Assembly: GCA_964402565.1 (NCBI GenBank)
Contig: CAYOCJ010000001.1
Location: 224,079 to 288,078, forward strand
Direction: 5' to 3'
Length of the DNA stretch: 64,000 nt
Origin: an uncultured Gammaproteobacteria bacterium
GTDB lineage: Bacteria > Patescibacteriota > Patescibacteriia > UBA1558 > 2-01-FULL-52-15
Part shown: in pieces, positions 1 to 10,646 of the stretch
How positions within the stretch are numbered: position 1 is the stretch's first letter
How the letters are laid out: every line of letters starts with the position of its first letter
Notes under the pieces: model-generated
The model's database searches: none
Told to the model about the DNA's origin: nothing
Seen by the model: only the letters and a program-made list of their open reading frames with translations
Position numbers and translations under genes: made by a program

Positions 1-1
1 A

Positions 2-1921
2 ATGGGTTTGGCATTTTTATTCGTGAAAGCCGGGATGGGGGAGAATGCGTACCTGGCGATCCCGATCTCAGTTTCGATCGCGGCTGTGCTCACCTTCATT
101 GCAACGCCGAAGGTGCAAATGACGTCGCCTGCGCAATCTGCAGGGTTTCCTCCGAGTTTTTATATCGCCGCAATCGCATCAAGTCTGTCATCGGTCGTGT
201 TTTTGAGTTTGGATATTCTCCTGGTAAAACATTTCCTTGACCCTGTATCCGCAGGCGAATATTCACTCTTGTCGCTGGTTGGTAAGATGCTGTACTTCTT
301 CGGCTCATTACCGGTCGTATTCATGATCCCGCTCGTCCGGCGGCTCGAAGGCCTGGGTAAGCGCACTGAATGGGTTTTTCAAACTATTTTTCTCATTTCG
401 CTGGTCCTGGTGAGCAGCGGCTATCTCTTCTTGGGACCATTCGGCCCGTTTATCATCCCGTTCATTTTCGGGCATAAGGCAGCGTCTATTGCGCCGCTGC
501 TCTCGACCTATGTCGGAGCACTTGCATTATTTACTTTATCGACCATTGTTGTTTCATATCATCTTGCGAAAAAGAATTATATTTTCCCGGTCGTGTCGCT
601 TATTTTGTCGATGTGCATGGCGCTCGGTATTTGGACATGGCACCGCGACATTACACAGGTCGTGCAGGTGCTTTTCATCGTCAGCTCGTTCGGATTGTCA
701 TTTTTTCTCATCCTGCATTTTGCATTACAACACCTCAAGTCACTTCGGAATAATATCCGAGACTTTATCGATGTATTTTTGTCGATCCCTGAATGCGCGC
801 CGAAGCTGCCCGGGACGAAACGAATCCTGATCTTTAATTGGCGCGATACCCGCCATGTTTTTGCCGGGGGAGCAGAAGTGTATGTGCATGAGATCGCGAA
901 ACAATGGGTAGCCGCAGGCCATCAGGTGATGCAATTTTCAGGTAATGACGGCATGTCGCCGCGGAATGAGACGATCGACGGCGTGCACATTATCCGGCGC
1001 GGCGGATTTTACTTCGTCTATTTCTGGGCAGCTGTCTACTACGTATTGCGGCTGCGTAAATGCGATTTCGACGTTTTGATCGATTCCCAGAACGGCATTC
1101 CTTTCTTTACCCCGCTGTATACCCGCCGGCCGGTGTACTGTTTGATGCATCATGTGCACCAAGAGGTCTTCACGAGATCATTGGCAAAACCTCTGGCTTG
1201 GTTTGCGCGCTTCCTTGAAAAGGACCTGATGCCGCTCGTCTATCGAGGCGTGCCATTCATTACGGTTTCAGAATCAAGCAAAGCGGACATTGAGGCGCTT
1301 GGTTTAGGGCATGCAGGCATTGAAGTTGTACACCCAGGCGTCGATCTGCGAGAGCTTGCTCCGGGCGTCAAGCATTCGGTGCCGATGGTGTTGTATTTGG
1401 GCCGGCTGAAGGCATACAAGTCCATCGACGTGTTGATACGGGCCTTTGCGCGCGTCTTGCTGCGCATCCCTGATGCACAGCTGGTCATTGCCGGCAGCGG
1501 CGAAGAGGAAAAGTCATTGAAGCAGCTCGTCTCTGAATTAGAACTGGAGGATCAAGTAACGTTCGCGGGCAAAGTATCTGAACCAGAAAAAGTTTCGCTG
1601 TTGCAGCGCGCCTGGCTGTTCGTTAACCCATCGTTCATGGAAGGATGGGGGATTACCACTATCGAAGCAAATGCCTGTGCGACACCGGTCGTCGCATCGA
1701 ATGTACCTGGTCTTCGCGACTCAGTGCGAAATCCGCATACCGGTTATCTGGTGGAACATGGCAATGTAGAAAAATTTGCTGAACGCATGATCGATATTCT
1801 GGGGGACACCGCGTTGCGCCAGCGCATGTCGGTCGAAGCCATGGCATGGGCGAACCGCTTTGACTGGACGAATTCAAGTAAAAGATTTTTAGAAATTATT
1901 AACGAACATGCCGAAGGTTAA
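2..1921 (+). CDS. Wzx/MOP-like flippase fused to GT4 glycosyltransferase (5'-truncated by window edge)
   Basis: Multi-TM N-terminus (DILLVKHFL..AGEYS motif) followed by GT-B domain (AGGAE, GRLKAYK, EGWGITTIEA). Confidence 0.85.
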   Translation: MGLAFLFVKAGMGENAYLAIPISVSIAAVLTFIATPKVQMTSPAQSAGFPPSFYIAAIASSLSSVVFLSLDILLVKHFLDPVSAGEYSLLSLVGKMLYFFGSLPVVFMIPLVRRLEGLGKRTEWVFQTIFLISLVLVSSGYLFLGPFGPFIIPFIFGHKAASIAPLLSTYVGALALFTLSTIVVSYHLAKKNYIFPVVSLILSMCMALGIWTWHRDITQVVQVLFIVSSFGLSFFLILHFALQHLKSLRNNIRDFIDVFLSIPECAPKLPGTKRILIFNWRDTRHVFAGGAEVYVHEIAKQWVAAGHQVMQFSGNDGMSPRNETIDGVHIIRRGGFYFVYFWAAVYYVLRLRKCDFDVLIDSQNGIPFFTPLYTRRPVYCLMHHVHQEVFTRSLAKPLAWFARFLEKDLMPLVYRGVPFITVSESSKADIEALGLGHAGIEVVHPGVDLRELAPGVKHSVPMVLYLGRLKAYKSIDVLIRAFARVLLRIPDAQLVIAGSGEEEKSLKQLVSELELEDQVTFAGKVSEPEKVSLLQRAWLFVNPSFMEGWGITTIEANACATPVVASNVPGLRDSVRNPHTGYLVEHGNVEKFAERMIDILGDTALRQRMSVEAMAWANRFDWTNSSKRFLEIINEHAEG

Positions 1922-4847
1922 CGCTTCATTTCCAGATCGTATAGGCGACTATACTTTTCGCTCTGTACTGCACCCAAAGCAGCAGTATCATCGTTTTGAA
2001 ATTGCTGAATATGAATCAGCTACCGGTGCTCGCGCCATTGCAAAACGCTGGACCGGATCGAAATTTCATCTGAACTATGCACGCTTCATGAATGAAGTTC
2101 ATTTCTATGAGGCTCTTGCATCTCTGCCATCAGCACATGCAGAGGAGCTGGCAATGCTGTTTCCCCGCATGCATACCCCGCACTTTATCCAGGCCTACGG
2201 AACCCAGGATGATCTCATTTTGTTGATAGAAAAGATCAAGGGAAATCCTATTTCATCTGTTGTACCGTCTGAGCGCATAGCTCTCTATGAGGAAGCTTTG
2301 GCATATGTGAAGCAACTGGGAGCTTTTCTCTCGAATACCTTGCGCTTGCGCCCCTACTACGCCTTATATCAAACGTTTCGTTTCCCGATCATTATGTTTC
2401 GCGCACTCTGGCGATCACCGAAAGACTGGAAACGAATCCTTGCCATGTCCTGGTTTTTTGCACGGCACATTCCGGCTTTGATCATGGATCGCCGCGTTCA
2501 GTTCGTACATCGCGATCTCTGGCCAAACAATATCCTTATTGCTGAGGACGCTTCAGTGACATTGATCGATTTCGATGTGATCGCGATCATGCATCCTTTT
2601 GTCGATGTTTTGAAATTAAGTTTAGGACTGTGGAATGACGCGCCAGCGCGGGAAGCCTGGAAGCAGTCACGAACCATTCGATCCATCTTCGACAATGCGC
2701 ATGACGCAAGCGTATTTCGCGCTCTCGGCTGCTATACGGCATTGTTCGAGCTTAGCATGCCTCAGGGTGATCGGGCTTTGGCATTGTCGTTTGAGGATTT
2801 TCTTTCTTCTCCCTATCATCGCGAAACACAAGAAAAACCGGATCTGAAAGCATCCGGCCGTCCGACCGTAACGATCGGCATACCTGCGTATAATGAAGAA
2901 TCTTCGATCAATTTTTTGATCGGCTCTTTGCTTGCACAGCAGGAACGAACCTACACGTTGGAGAAGATCATTGTATTCTCCGATGGCAGCACTGACGGAA
3001 CCGTAGAAAAAGCCTGCGCGACCGCTGACCCGCGTGTCTATGTGCATGTAGGAAAAGTGCGTCGCGGCAAGCCGTATCGAATGAACCAATTATTTGAGAT
3101 GTCGACATCGGATATCGCAATAGTTCTCGATGCAGACATAGCACTGGAGAATGAAACATGCATTGAAGCATTGGTAGAGCCATTTCGGGCATATGCGGAC
3201 ATAGCGCTTGTCTCAGGATCCTCAGTTCCGGCTGAGGCCGCGAGCTATGTTCAAAAAATTGCTGCTGCAGGAGTTTCTGTCTGGGATGCCACGCGCGCAA
3301 TGGCACGGCCAAATGACCTGTACTATTGCGAAGGCGCTATCCGCGCATTCAGCCGATCGTTGTACACGAAGATGCGATTCCCTGAACGAAGCGCAGATGA
3401 TGTCTTTCCATATTTATACGCTCAGAAGCACGGGTTTCGATTTATGCGGGCTGATGCCGCGAAGGTTCAGTTTACCTTGCCGGCAACATTGAGAGATTAT
3501 TTGAGCCAAATGAAGCGCTTCTCCAGATCGTATACGGTACATAAAGATAATTTCGACGGTTTGTTTGTAAAGCATTATTATACAGTGACATTGCCGGTAA
3601 AAGTAAAAGCGATCCTGAAAGAATGTATCCGCAATCCATTTTTTACGCTGAACTATTTCGCAATGTGGTGCGTGATCCGAGTATGGTTCATGTTCGAAAA
3701 AGAGGCCGACACATCATTGTGGGACATTGCAGAGAGCACCAAGGTGTCACGCAAAAAAATTATTTTTTCGAGCTACGATGATCTCCATAATCCGTACTAT
3801 GCCGGGGGAGGAGCGATCGCAGTACATCAGGTAGCGAAGCGGCTGGCCTTGGAGAGCGATATTACTATCCTCACCGGAAAGTACCCCGGCTCTGTCGACA
3901 CGGTCCTGGATGGCGTGCATTATCGACGTGTCGGCTCTTCACTATTTGGTCCAAAGGTAGGGCAATTAATCTTTATGCTTGCATTACCCTGGCATGTGAT
4001 GCGCATGCATTTTGATGTTTGGATCGAAAGTTTTACTCCGCCTTTTTCGACAGCATGCCTGCAGCTCTTCACTCGAAAACAAGTCATCGGCTTGGTGCAT
4101 ATGCTTGCAGGAGAAGATATGTACCGTAAATATCACATTCCATTCCATTTGTTAGAGCGATTGGGGCTCAAAACCTATAATCGTTTCATCGTATTGACTC
4201 AGGTCACCGCTGATGCCATCCGGCGCAGCAACCCGAAGGCAGTTATCGACGTGATCAATAATGGCGTCGATTTCCCGAAAGAGAATCAGACGGCTCAAGT
4301 CAAAGAATATATTTCATTTATCGGCAGGATCGAAGTGAATCAAAAAGGGCTTGATCTCTTGCTGAAAGCATATGCGCATGTTGCGGATAAGCTGCCGTAT
4401 AAGCTTGCCATCGCCGGCACAGGTGCTGACGAAGAACTTTCCAAGCTGCATGCGCTCATCGGCGAGTTAGGGTTAGAGGGCAAGGTGCGCTTGTTCGGGC
4501 GCGTTTCAGGCCCTGAAAAAAATGACGTATTCAGTAAATCAGTTTTTACGGTATTGCCGTCACGCCATGAGACATTTTCGCTCGTTGCTCTGGAAACGCT
4601 TTCGTATAGTCTGCCGCTGCTTGCATTCGATATTGAAGGTTTGAAGTGGCTGCCTGATTATTGCTGCATGAAGATCCCGCCGTTCCAGTATGAACGATTG
4701 GGCGAGCGCATGCTCGAATTAGCCACACATCCTGAGCTCCGCACCAAGCTGGCATTGCAGGGCCATGCCTATATCAGCAACTTCAGCTGGGAGGATGTAT
4801 CATATAAATACAGAGAATCTATCAGTGAAGCATTAGACGCTATATGA
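1908..4847 (+). CDS. Tri-domain protein: APH/kinase-like + GT2 + GT4
   Basis: HRDLWPNN/IDFD kinase motifs; IPAYNEE..DGSTD..DAD GT2; GGGA, GRIEVNQKG, ETFSLVALE GT4. Confidence 0.85.
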   Translation: MPKVNASFPDRIGDYTFRSVLHPKQQYHRFEIAEYESATGARAIAKRWTGSKFHLNYARFMNEVHFYEALASLPSAHAEELAMLFPRMHTPHFIQAYGTQDDLILLIEKIKGNPISSVVPSERIALYEEALAYVKQLGAFLSNTLRLRPYYALYQTFRFPIIMFRALWRSPKDWKRILAMSWFFARHIPALIMDRRVQFVHRDLWPNNILIAEDASVTLIDFDVIAIMHPFVDVLKLSLGLWNDAPAREAWKQSRTIRSIFDNAHDASVFRALGCYTALFELSMPQGDRALALSFEDFLSSPYHRETQEKPDLKASGRPTVTIGIPAYNEESSINFLIGSLLAQQERTYTLEKIIVFSDGSTDGTVEKACATADPRVYVHVGKVRRGKPYRMNQLFEMSTSDIAIVLDADIALENETCIEALVEPFRAYADIALVSGSSVPAEAASYVQKIAAAGVSVWDATRAMARPNDLYYCEGAIRAFSRSLYTKMRFPERSADDVFPYLYAQKHGFRFMRADAAKVQFTLPATLRDYLSQMKRFSRSYTVHKDNFDGLFVKHYYTVTLPVKVKAILKECIRNPFFTLNYFAMWCVIRVWFMFEKEADTSLWDIAESTKVSRKKIIFSSYDDLHNPYYAGGGAIAVHQVAKRLALESDITILTGKYPGSVDTVLDGVHYRRVGSSLFGPKVGQLIFMLALPWHVMRMHFDVWIESFTPPFSTACLQLFTRKQVIGLVHMLAGEDMYRKYHIPFHLLERLGLKTYNRFIVLTQVTADAIRRSNPKAVIDVINNGVDFPKENQTAQVKEYISFIGRIEVNQKGLDLLLKAYAHVADKLPYKLAIAGTGADEELSKLHALIGELGLEGKVRLFGRVSGPEKNDVFSKSVFTVLPSRHETFSLVALETLSYSLPLLAFDIEGLKWLPDYCCMKIPPFQYERLGERMLELATHPELRTKLALQGHAYISNFSWEDVSYKYRESISEALDAI

Positions 4848-5620
4848 TAGAGCAATTACTACAGCGCATCGCATCTGAAAAAATACCATGCTATTTTATT
4901 TCACCGCACCTGGACGATGCGGTATTTTCTGCAGGCTCGCTCATTGCCCGCCTTTCGCACGTAACCTCGGTCACCGTGATTACTGTGTTTACCGAATACT
5001 CGACGCCTTTGACATTGTCAGCGCGACAATTTTTGCGGCAAATGAAAAGCGGTGATCCGAAAGAACTTTTTCGGTTGCGCAGAGAAGAGGATATTGCTGC
5101 ATGCACTTTGCTCAATTCCCGCTATGAGCATTTAGGATTCGAAGACGCGCTATTTCGCAAGCATAAAAAAGGTATATTCGGAACCGTGGTGCCGGAATTT
5201 AACCATATATATCCGACGTATCGATTCCATGTTAAGCGAGGCTTGATAGCGCCTGCTGACCTTGCTCTAGCTGAAGCATTGCGTATGGCGCTCTTCCGCT
5301 CTGTTGATATATCAAAACCATATCTGGTATTTGCACCGTTAGCTACCGGTAATCATGTGGATCATTGCTTGGTTCGAGATGTATGCGCCAAGCAGTTTAA
5401 AGACATTGTGTATTGGAACGACATTCCGTATAGCAAGCGGAATCCGATCGATAAGGTTTTTCTCACACGGCATGATCTTGCGATGGAAGAAGCTCGCCCT
5501 GACGCTCAGAAAGCGAATAGCATCGAGGCATATGCGTCGCAGTGGAAGAGGGTATTTGAAGGCATGCAGGCGCTTGAGATCCCTGAGCAGTATGCGTTCC
5601 GAAAGGAGGGGGCTCTATGA
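4844..5620 (+). CDS. PIG-L family deacetylase
   Basis: SPHLDD, RREED and HVDH motifs. Confidence 0.9.
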   Translation: MIEQLLQRIASEKIPCYFISPHLDDAVFSAGSLIARLSHVTSVTVITVFTEYSTPLTLSARQFLRQMKSGDPKELFRLRREEDIAACTLLNSRYEHLGFEDALFRKHKKGIFGTVVPEFNHIYPTYRFHVKRGLIAPADLALAEALRMALFRSVDISKPYLVFAPLATGNHVDHCLVRDVCAKQFKDIVYWNDIPYSKRNPIDKVFLTRHDLAMEEARPDAQKANSIEAYASQWKRVFEGMQALEIPEQYAFRKEGAL

Positions 5621-6519
5621 AACACACCGTATCAATTGGCATCCCCGCATATAATGAAGAGCAAAATATCAAGCGGCTTTTGATCACATTGCTCTCTCAG
5701 AGAACTTCCTTGGTAGAGATCAAGGAGATCTTGGTCGTGAACGATTGCTCCACAGACGCTACAGCACAGGAAGTTCATTCCATTGCTGATCCTCGCATCC
5801 GGCTGATAGCACAGCAGATACGCAGCGGCCTTGCTATGGGCCAGAATATCATCGCGCGTGAAGCGACTGGCGATTTTCTGGTTCTTCTGGATGCAGATGT
5901 GGTGCCAACTGATTCGTATTTCCTGGATGAAATTTGCAAGCCACTCATTGATGATGCCTCGATCGGCCTTGTCGGAGGCAATGTGATCGCAGCTCCCGGT
6001 AAAACATTCTTCGAGAAGGTCCTGGTTACCAGCCATGAATTAAAGACCAGCATATACACGAAGATCAATAACGGAAATACAATCTATCTGTGCCATGGCC
6101 GCGCACGAGCCTTTTCAAGAGCACTCTATAGCATCATTGAATGGCCGAATAAATTTGCTGAAGATCAGTATTCTTATTTGTTCGCTCGGGACAAGGGATT
6201 TGGCTTTACGTATGCAGAGAAGGCTTCGGTCATGTTCAGATCGCCTGCCCGTATCATTGACCATTTTCGGCAGAGTTTGCGTTTTATCGGCGGACATAAA
6301 ATGATCATCAGAGAATTCGACGAGCAGTCGGTCGCACGCGAGTATGCTATACCGGTGGGTATCGTCGTGAGGGCCATTGCTGAGTTTATTTTTTGGAAAC
6401 CGCTGCATGTTCTGGTGTATCTCGTTACCTTGGGCGTGACGAGAGTTCTTGGTTACTTCTTTCAATTGAAGAACCAATCTTCATATGAGCCATCACCCTC
6501 CTCAAAGAAAGTTGTATGA
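5617..6519 (+). CDS. GT2 glycosyltransferase
   Basis: IPAYNEE, DCSTD, DAD, AED. Confidence 0.9.
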   Translation: MKHTVSIGIPAYNEEQNIKRLLITLLSQRTSLVEIKEILVVNDCSTDATAQEVHSIADPRIRLIAQQIRSGLAMGQNIIAREATGDFLVLLDADVVPTDSYFLDEICKPLIDDASIGLVGGNVIAAPGKTFFEKVLVTSHELKTSIYTKINNGNTIYLCHGRARAFSRALYSIIEWPNKFAEDQYSYLFARDKGFGFTYAEKASVMFRSPARIIDHFRQSLRFIGGHKMIIREFDEQSVAREYAIPVGIVVRAIAEFIFWKPLHVLVYLVTLGVTRVLGYFFQLKNQSSYEPSPSSKKVV

Positions 6520-7442
6520 ACCATCGCAAAAAAATCCCAACGGTAACCATTGCCTTGAGCGCGTATAATGAGGAAGCGAACATAGGGCGTTTTTTGCAAT
6601 CGGTCCTTTCGCAAGAGGAGATAGGCTTTACGATCAAAAAAATACTCATTATTTCCGACGGATCCACTGATCGTACCGTAGCGCATGCGCGCCGAATTCG
6701 GTCGAAGAAGATAGAGATCCGGATACATTCCAGTCGAAAGGGCAAATCGACCCGCTTAAATGAGATCTATCGTGATCTCAAAACAGACCTTCTGGTCCAG
6801 ACGGATGCTGATGTGATCTTTGGCCATACCCGCGTGGTTCATGATATCATTCAACCGTTGCTGAAGAAAAATGATATTGCTATGACAGGAGGGAATCCGC
6901 ATCCATTACCGGCGGAAACATTTTTAGAAAAAGCAGTTAACTGTACAACGGAAGCCTATATTCCGCTGCGTTCGCTATTAAAAGGAGGCTCGAATGTTTT
7001 TTCTGTCGATGGACGCTTGCTTGCGTACCGCAAAACATTGGTGAAACAGATCGCCGTGCCTGCTGATATGATCGCGAATGATGCATATACCTATTTTGCC
7101 TGCCTGACTTTAGGCATGCAGTATCGGCATTGCTCTTCAGCTATCGTCTATTTTCGATCACCGCAAAATATCAGAGATCAAGTCCGCCAAAATACTCGTT
7201 TCGTCTCGGCACCGAAACGAATGAAACGATATTTTGATATCGCGCTGGTCGAAAAAGAATATGCTGTACCGTCTGATCTGATGCGGGCTCTGAAATTCAG
7301 ACAAGCCGCACAACACCCGATCCTTTGCGCCTATATTTTTTTCGTCAATGCCTATTGCCGCTATCGATCACATAAGATCGAAGCGTCTCTCACTGCGCAA
7401 TGGCAGATCGCTCTGTCGACGAAACGGGGGGCAGAGCTATGA
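6516..7442 (+). CDS. GT2 glycosyltransferase
   Basis: SAYNEE, DGSTD, GKS, DAD. Confidence 0.9.
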   Translation: MNHRKKIPTVTIALSAYNEEANIGRFLQSVLSQEEIGFTIKKILIISDGSTDRTVAHARRIRSKKIEIRIHSSRKGKSTRLNEIYRDLKTDLLVQTDADVIFGHTRVVHDIIQPLLKKNDIAMTGGNPHPLPAETFLEKAVNCTTEAYIPLRSLLKGGSNVFSVDGRLLAYRKTLVKQIAVPADMIANDAYTYFACLTLGMQYRHCSSAIVYFRSPQNIRDQVRQNTRFVSAPKRMKRYFDIALVEKEYAVPSDLMRALKFRQAAQHPILCAYIFFVNAYCRYRSHKIEASLTAQWQIALSTKRGAEL

Positions 7443-8974
7443 AGAATAAGCTCGCTATTCTAGCCATTATCGTCATTGCTGCAACGCTGTATGCATTAAC
7501 GCTCCGCGGCATCCCTGGAAATCCGGCGCCTTCTGATTTTAAAAATAAGCTTGACCAGCAGAGTCAGCCTTTCGAATTGTCTCCTGAGCGCGGACGGTAT
7601 GTGCACTTGATAGCTCTTGCTGATCTCGGCCAGTATAATTTAAGCAAAGAATTGGCAGAGGCTGCTTTTCCTGACGTCGGTGTGTATAATGGCAGGTACT
7701 ACAGCTATTTTGCACCTGGATTGCCCTACCTTGCCTTGCCGTTCTATATGCTCGGTGAGCGATACGGACTCGCACAGGTTGCCTCATTTTCATTTATCTC
7801 ACTGGTAAGCATTTTTGGTCTTATTTTTTTGTACCGCATCGCACGCGAAATACTTAGGCTGCCGATGTGGGCATCTCTGGCATCAGTATTCATGTTCGCA
7901 TTCGGCTCAACCGCATGGAGTTATGCGATTACAATGTATCAGCATCACGTGACGACTTTTTTTATACTATCGTCATTCTATGCAGTGTGGCGCTTTCGAA
8001 AAGGAACGCGCTGGTCATTTGCCTGGGCAGCGTTCGCATGCCTGAATTATGCGCTGGCGATCTCGATCGATTATCCGAATACGCTTTTGGTATTCCCGGT
8101 CATGGTATATCTCGCTGTTTCGGCAATTCAATTGCATGTTATTCCCGGCAAATTGAATGTCGGGTTTCGTTCTGAAGTTCTGATAGGCATTCTAGTTTTC
8201 GTTATTGTTACCGGATTTCACCTCTACCATAATGCGGCATACTATGGCGGCTGGAGCCACTTGAGCGGCGGCCTGCAATCTTATCGATTTGTCGATCCAA
8301 CGCTTGATCCTTTGAAAGCTGGTGCGAACGGCATTTCGCCGCAGGACCTGAACACGCAAAAAAATATTGTTGGTTTTTTCCGCGAACAGCATCTGCCTGG
8401 GAGTTCATTTACGTTGCTGTTGTCTCCCGATAGAGGATTATTTTTCTATGCGCCGATCTTCTTGCTGGCAATTCTGGGCATTGTATGGAGTTATCGCCAT
8501 CGCCGGTCCCTGGAGCTCAATATTCTGCTGTCACTCATAGCAGTCAATGTTTTTTTGTATAGCAGCTGGGGAGACCCCTGGGGAGGTTGGGCATATGGAC
8601 CACGGTACTTAATCCCTTCGATGGCATTGCTGTCATTATTCATCGGGGTGGCGCTAGCGCGCTTGCGGCATGCCCTGGCGCTGCGGATCAGCGCATTCAT
8701 ATTATTTTGCTATTCCAGCGCGATCGCTTTGCTTGGTGCTTTGACCACGAATGCGGTACCACCTGAGATTGAAGCAACAGCTTTGCATAGCAAGTATAAT
8801 TTTTTGTTTAACTGGGACGTGATGACGCTCGGTAGGAGCGGGAGTTTTCTGTATAATACGTTCTTAGCAGGCTCATACGGGCTCAGAGAATACTATACCT
8901 TGATTTTGATCTTCGTGTTGCTGGGGATGTTCACGCTGCTTTTCATTATTCCGCATTTTGAACACCATGATTAA
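7439..8974 (+). CDS. Polytopic membrane protein, probable GT-C glycosyltransferase
   Basis: Many TM helices, GLFFYAP and WGGWAYGPRYL motifs; ATGA overlap with upstream gene. Confidence 0.7.
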   Translation: MKNKLAILAIIVIAATLYALTLRGIPGNPAPSDFKNKLDQQSQPFELSPERGRYVHLIALADLGQYNLSKELAEAAFPDVGVYNGRYYSYFAPGLPYLALPFYMLGERYGLAQVASFSFISLVSIFGLIFLYRIAREILRLPMWASLASVFMFAFGSTAWSYAITMYQHHVTTFFILSSFYAVWRFRKGTRWSFAWAAFACLNYALAISIDYPNTLLVFPVMVYLAVSAIQLHVIPGKLNVGFRSEVLIGILVFVIVTGFHLYHNAAYYGGWSHLSGGLQSYRFVDPTLDPLKAGANGISPQDLNTQKNIVGFFREQHLPGSSFTLLLSPDRGLFFYAPIFLLAILGIVWSYRHRRSLELNILLSLIAVNVFLYSSWGDPWGGWAYGPRYLIPSMALLSLFIGVALARLRHALALRISAFILFCYSSAIALLGALTTNAVPPEIEATALHSKYNFLFNWDVMTLGRSGSFLYNTFLAGSYGLREYYTLILIFVLLGMFTLLFIIPHFEHHD

Positions 8975-10643
8975 TTTTTCAATTTCAACTCGCCGGCTTG
9001 AAGCCTTCAAACATCATGTTGCACACCGCAAGATGGAATTTTGGGTCGCCTGCACTGCATTTTTCTTCGCAGTAATCGCTACCATTTACGCCTATAGTTT
9101 CGATATTATTGTCTCCTATGGTGATGCTGAGTCTCACCTGAACATCGCGAAGCGCGTGGTTTCGAATCTCACGCCGGGGTTGGCGCAGCTGGGCGGCATT
9201 TGGCTGCCATTGCCGCACTTGCTCATGGTGCCGCTTGTTGCTAATGATTTCTTGTGGAGGAGCGGGCTTGCAGGATCCATTGTTTCCGGCGCGGCTTTTA
9301 TCATCAGCGCAGTCTATATCTATAAAATACTCCTGCTCATAACCCGGCGGAAACTCGCTTCCCTCATAGGCGTTGCAAGTTTTATGTTCAACCCGGCTAT
9401 CCTGTATCTGCAATCAACGCCGATGACCGAGCTTTGCTTGATGGTCTTTTTCGTGCTCTCAAGCTATTTCTTTATTCGCTTTATCTACGATCGAACTGAC
9501 TTCTTAGCATTCGTCTATGCAGCTTTGTATGGTTTCTGCGCAACGCTATCCAGATATGACGGCTGGTTTCTGGTCTTGATAGAGGCAGCGATCATCACCT
9601 TATTGTATTCGCCGTATGTGCTGGACTGGTCGCGTGCTCGGTTGACTGCGATCAAGACCTGGATGCCGGCATTGAGAAAAAATGCCGAAGCATCGGCATC
9701 GCTGAAAAGCATCTGGGATATCATGGAAGGCAGGGTTTTCCTCTTCGTGACGCTTGCATTCTTTGGCATCATCTTGTGGCTATCATGGGACGCGCTCATT
9801 TTGGGCGATCCGCTTTATTTTACGCATAGCCAATTTTCAGCCAGTTCGCAGCAGCAAGGATGGCTTGCGCGAGGTGAATTGCCCACCTACCATAATATGT
9901 GGTTGTCATTCGCCTACTATTTTGTAACGGCGATGAATAATTGCGGGGTATTGATTTTTTTCATGGCAATCGTTGGAGCCATTAGTTTTCTTTCACAAAG
10001 AAAGAATGCACATCGTTTTGCGATCGCCGGGGTGTTACTCGCTCCATTTGTATTTTATGTTATCACCTTGTACCTGGGCCAATCAGTGATCTTCGTGCCG
10101 CATTTGACGCCTACCACTTTCGAGTGGACGCTATTCAATGTCCGGTATGGCGTCATGATGGCGCCAGTGACCGCTATTTTTTTAGGGTATCTTTTTTCAC
10201 GCGCGACAAATGGCGCTCGATGGCTTATCGTAGCGTTAGCTATCGCACAGATCGGTTTGTATATCGTGGGCTATTCGCCGGTGCTGTCATACCTTGATGG
10301 CACGATCGGCTTGTCATCTTCAAAAAGAACCGATGCTGAATATTGGATGAAAGGCCATTATGATACCGGCTTGGTATTGATGGATGATTTCGCCCGAACG
10401 ATGAGCGTCATTAGAAGCGGGGTTCCCATGCAAAATACTATCTATATTGGCAATCGCCCATACTGGGAAGAATCTCTCGCAGCTCCTGAAGCATATGCAA
10501 CCTGGATCGTGATGCAGGAAAATGATTCGGTCTGGAAGACGTTTCTGGATGGAGGCGTCATGGAAGGCCGCTTGTATAAATACTTTACGAAAGTATATAC
10601 ATCACCGACCATTCTTATCTTTAAGAGAACACCAGGAGTTTAA
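8967..10643 (+). CDS. GT-C (PMT/ArnT-like) glycosyltransferase
   Basis: YGDAESHL after first TM, WLPLPH, PMTE, RYDGW; many TMs. Confidence 0.75.
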   Translation: MINFSISTRRLEAFKHHVAHRKMEFWVACTAFFFAVIATIYAYSFDIIVSYGDAESHLNIAKRVVSNLTPGLAQLGGIWLPLPHLLMVPLVANDFLWRSGLAGSIVSGAAFIISAVYIYKILLLITRRKLASLIGVASFMFNPAILYLQSTPMTELCLMVFFVLSSYFFIRFIYDRTDFLAFVYAALYGFCATLSRYDGWFLVLIEAAIITLLYSPYVLDWSRARLTAIKTWMPALRKNAEASASLKSIWDIMEGRVFLFVTLAFFGIILWLSWDALILGDPLYFTHSQFSASSQQQGWLARGELPTYHNMWLSFAYYFVTAMNNCGVLIFFMAIVGAISFLSQRKNAHRFAIAGVLLAPFVFYVITLYLGQSVIFVPHLTPTTFEWTLFNVRYGVMMAPVTAIFLGYLFSRATNGARWLIVALAIAQIGLYIVGYSPVLSYLDGTIGLSSSKRTDAEYWMKGHYDTGLVLMDDFARTMSVIRSGVPMQNTIYIGNRPYWEESLAAPEAYATWIVMQENDSVWKTFLDGGVMEGRLYKYFTKVYTSPTILIFKRTPGV

Positions 10644-10646
10644 GTC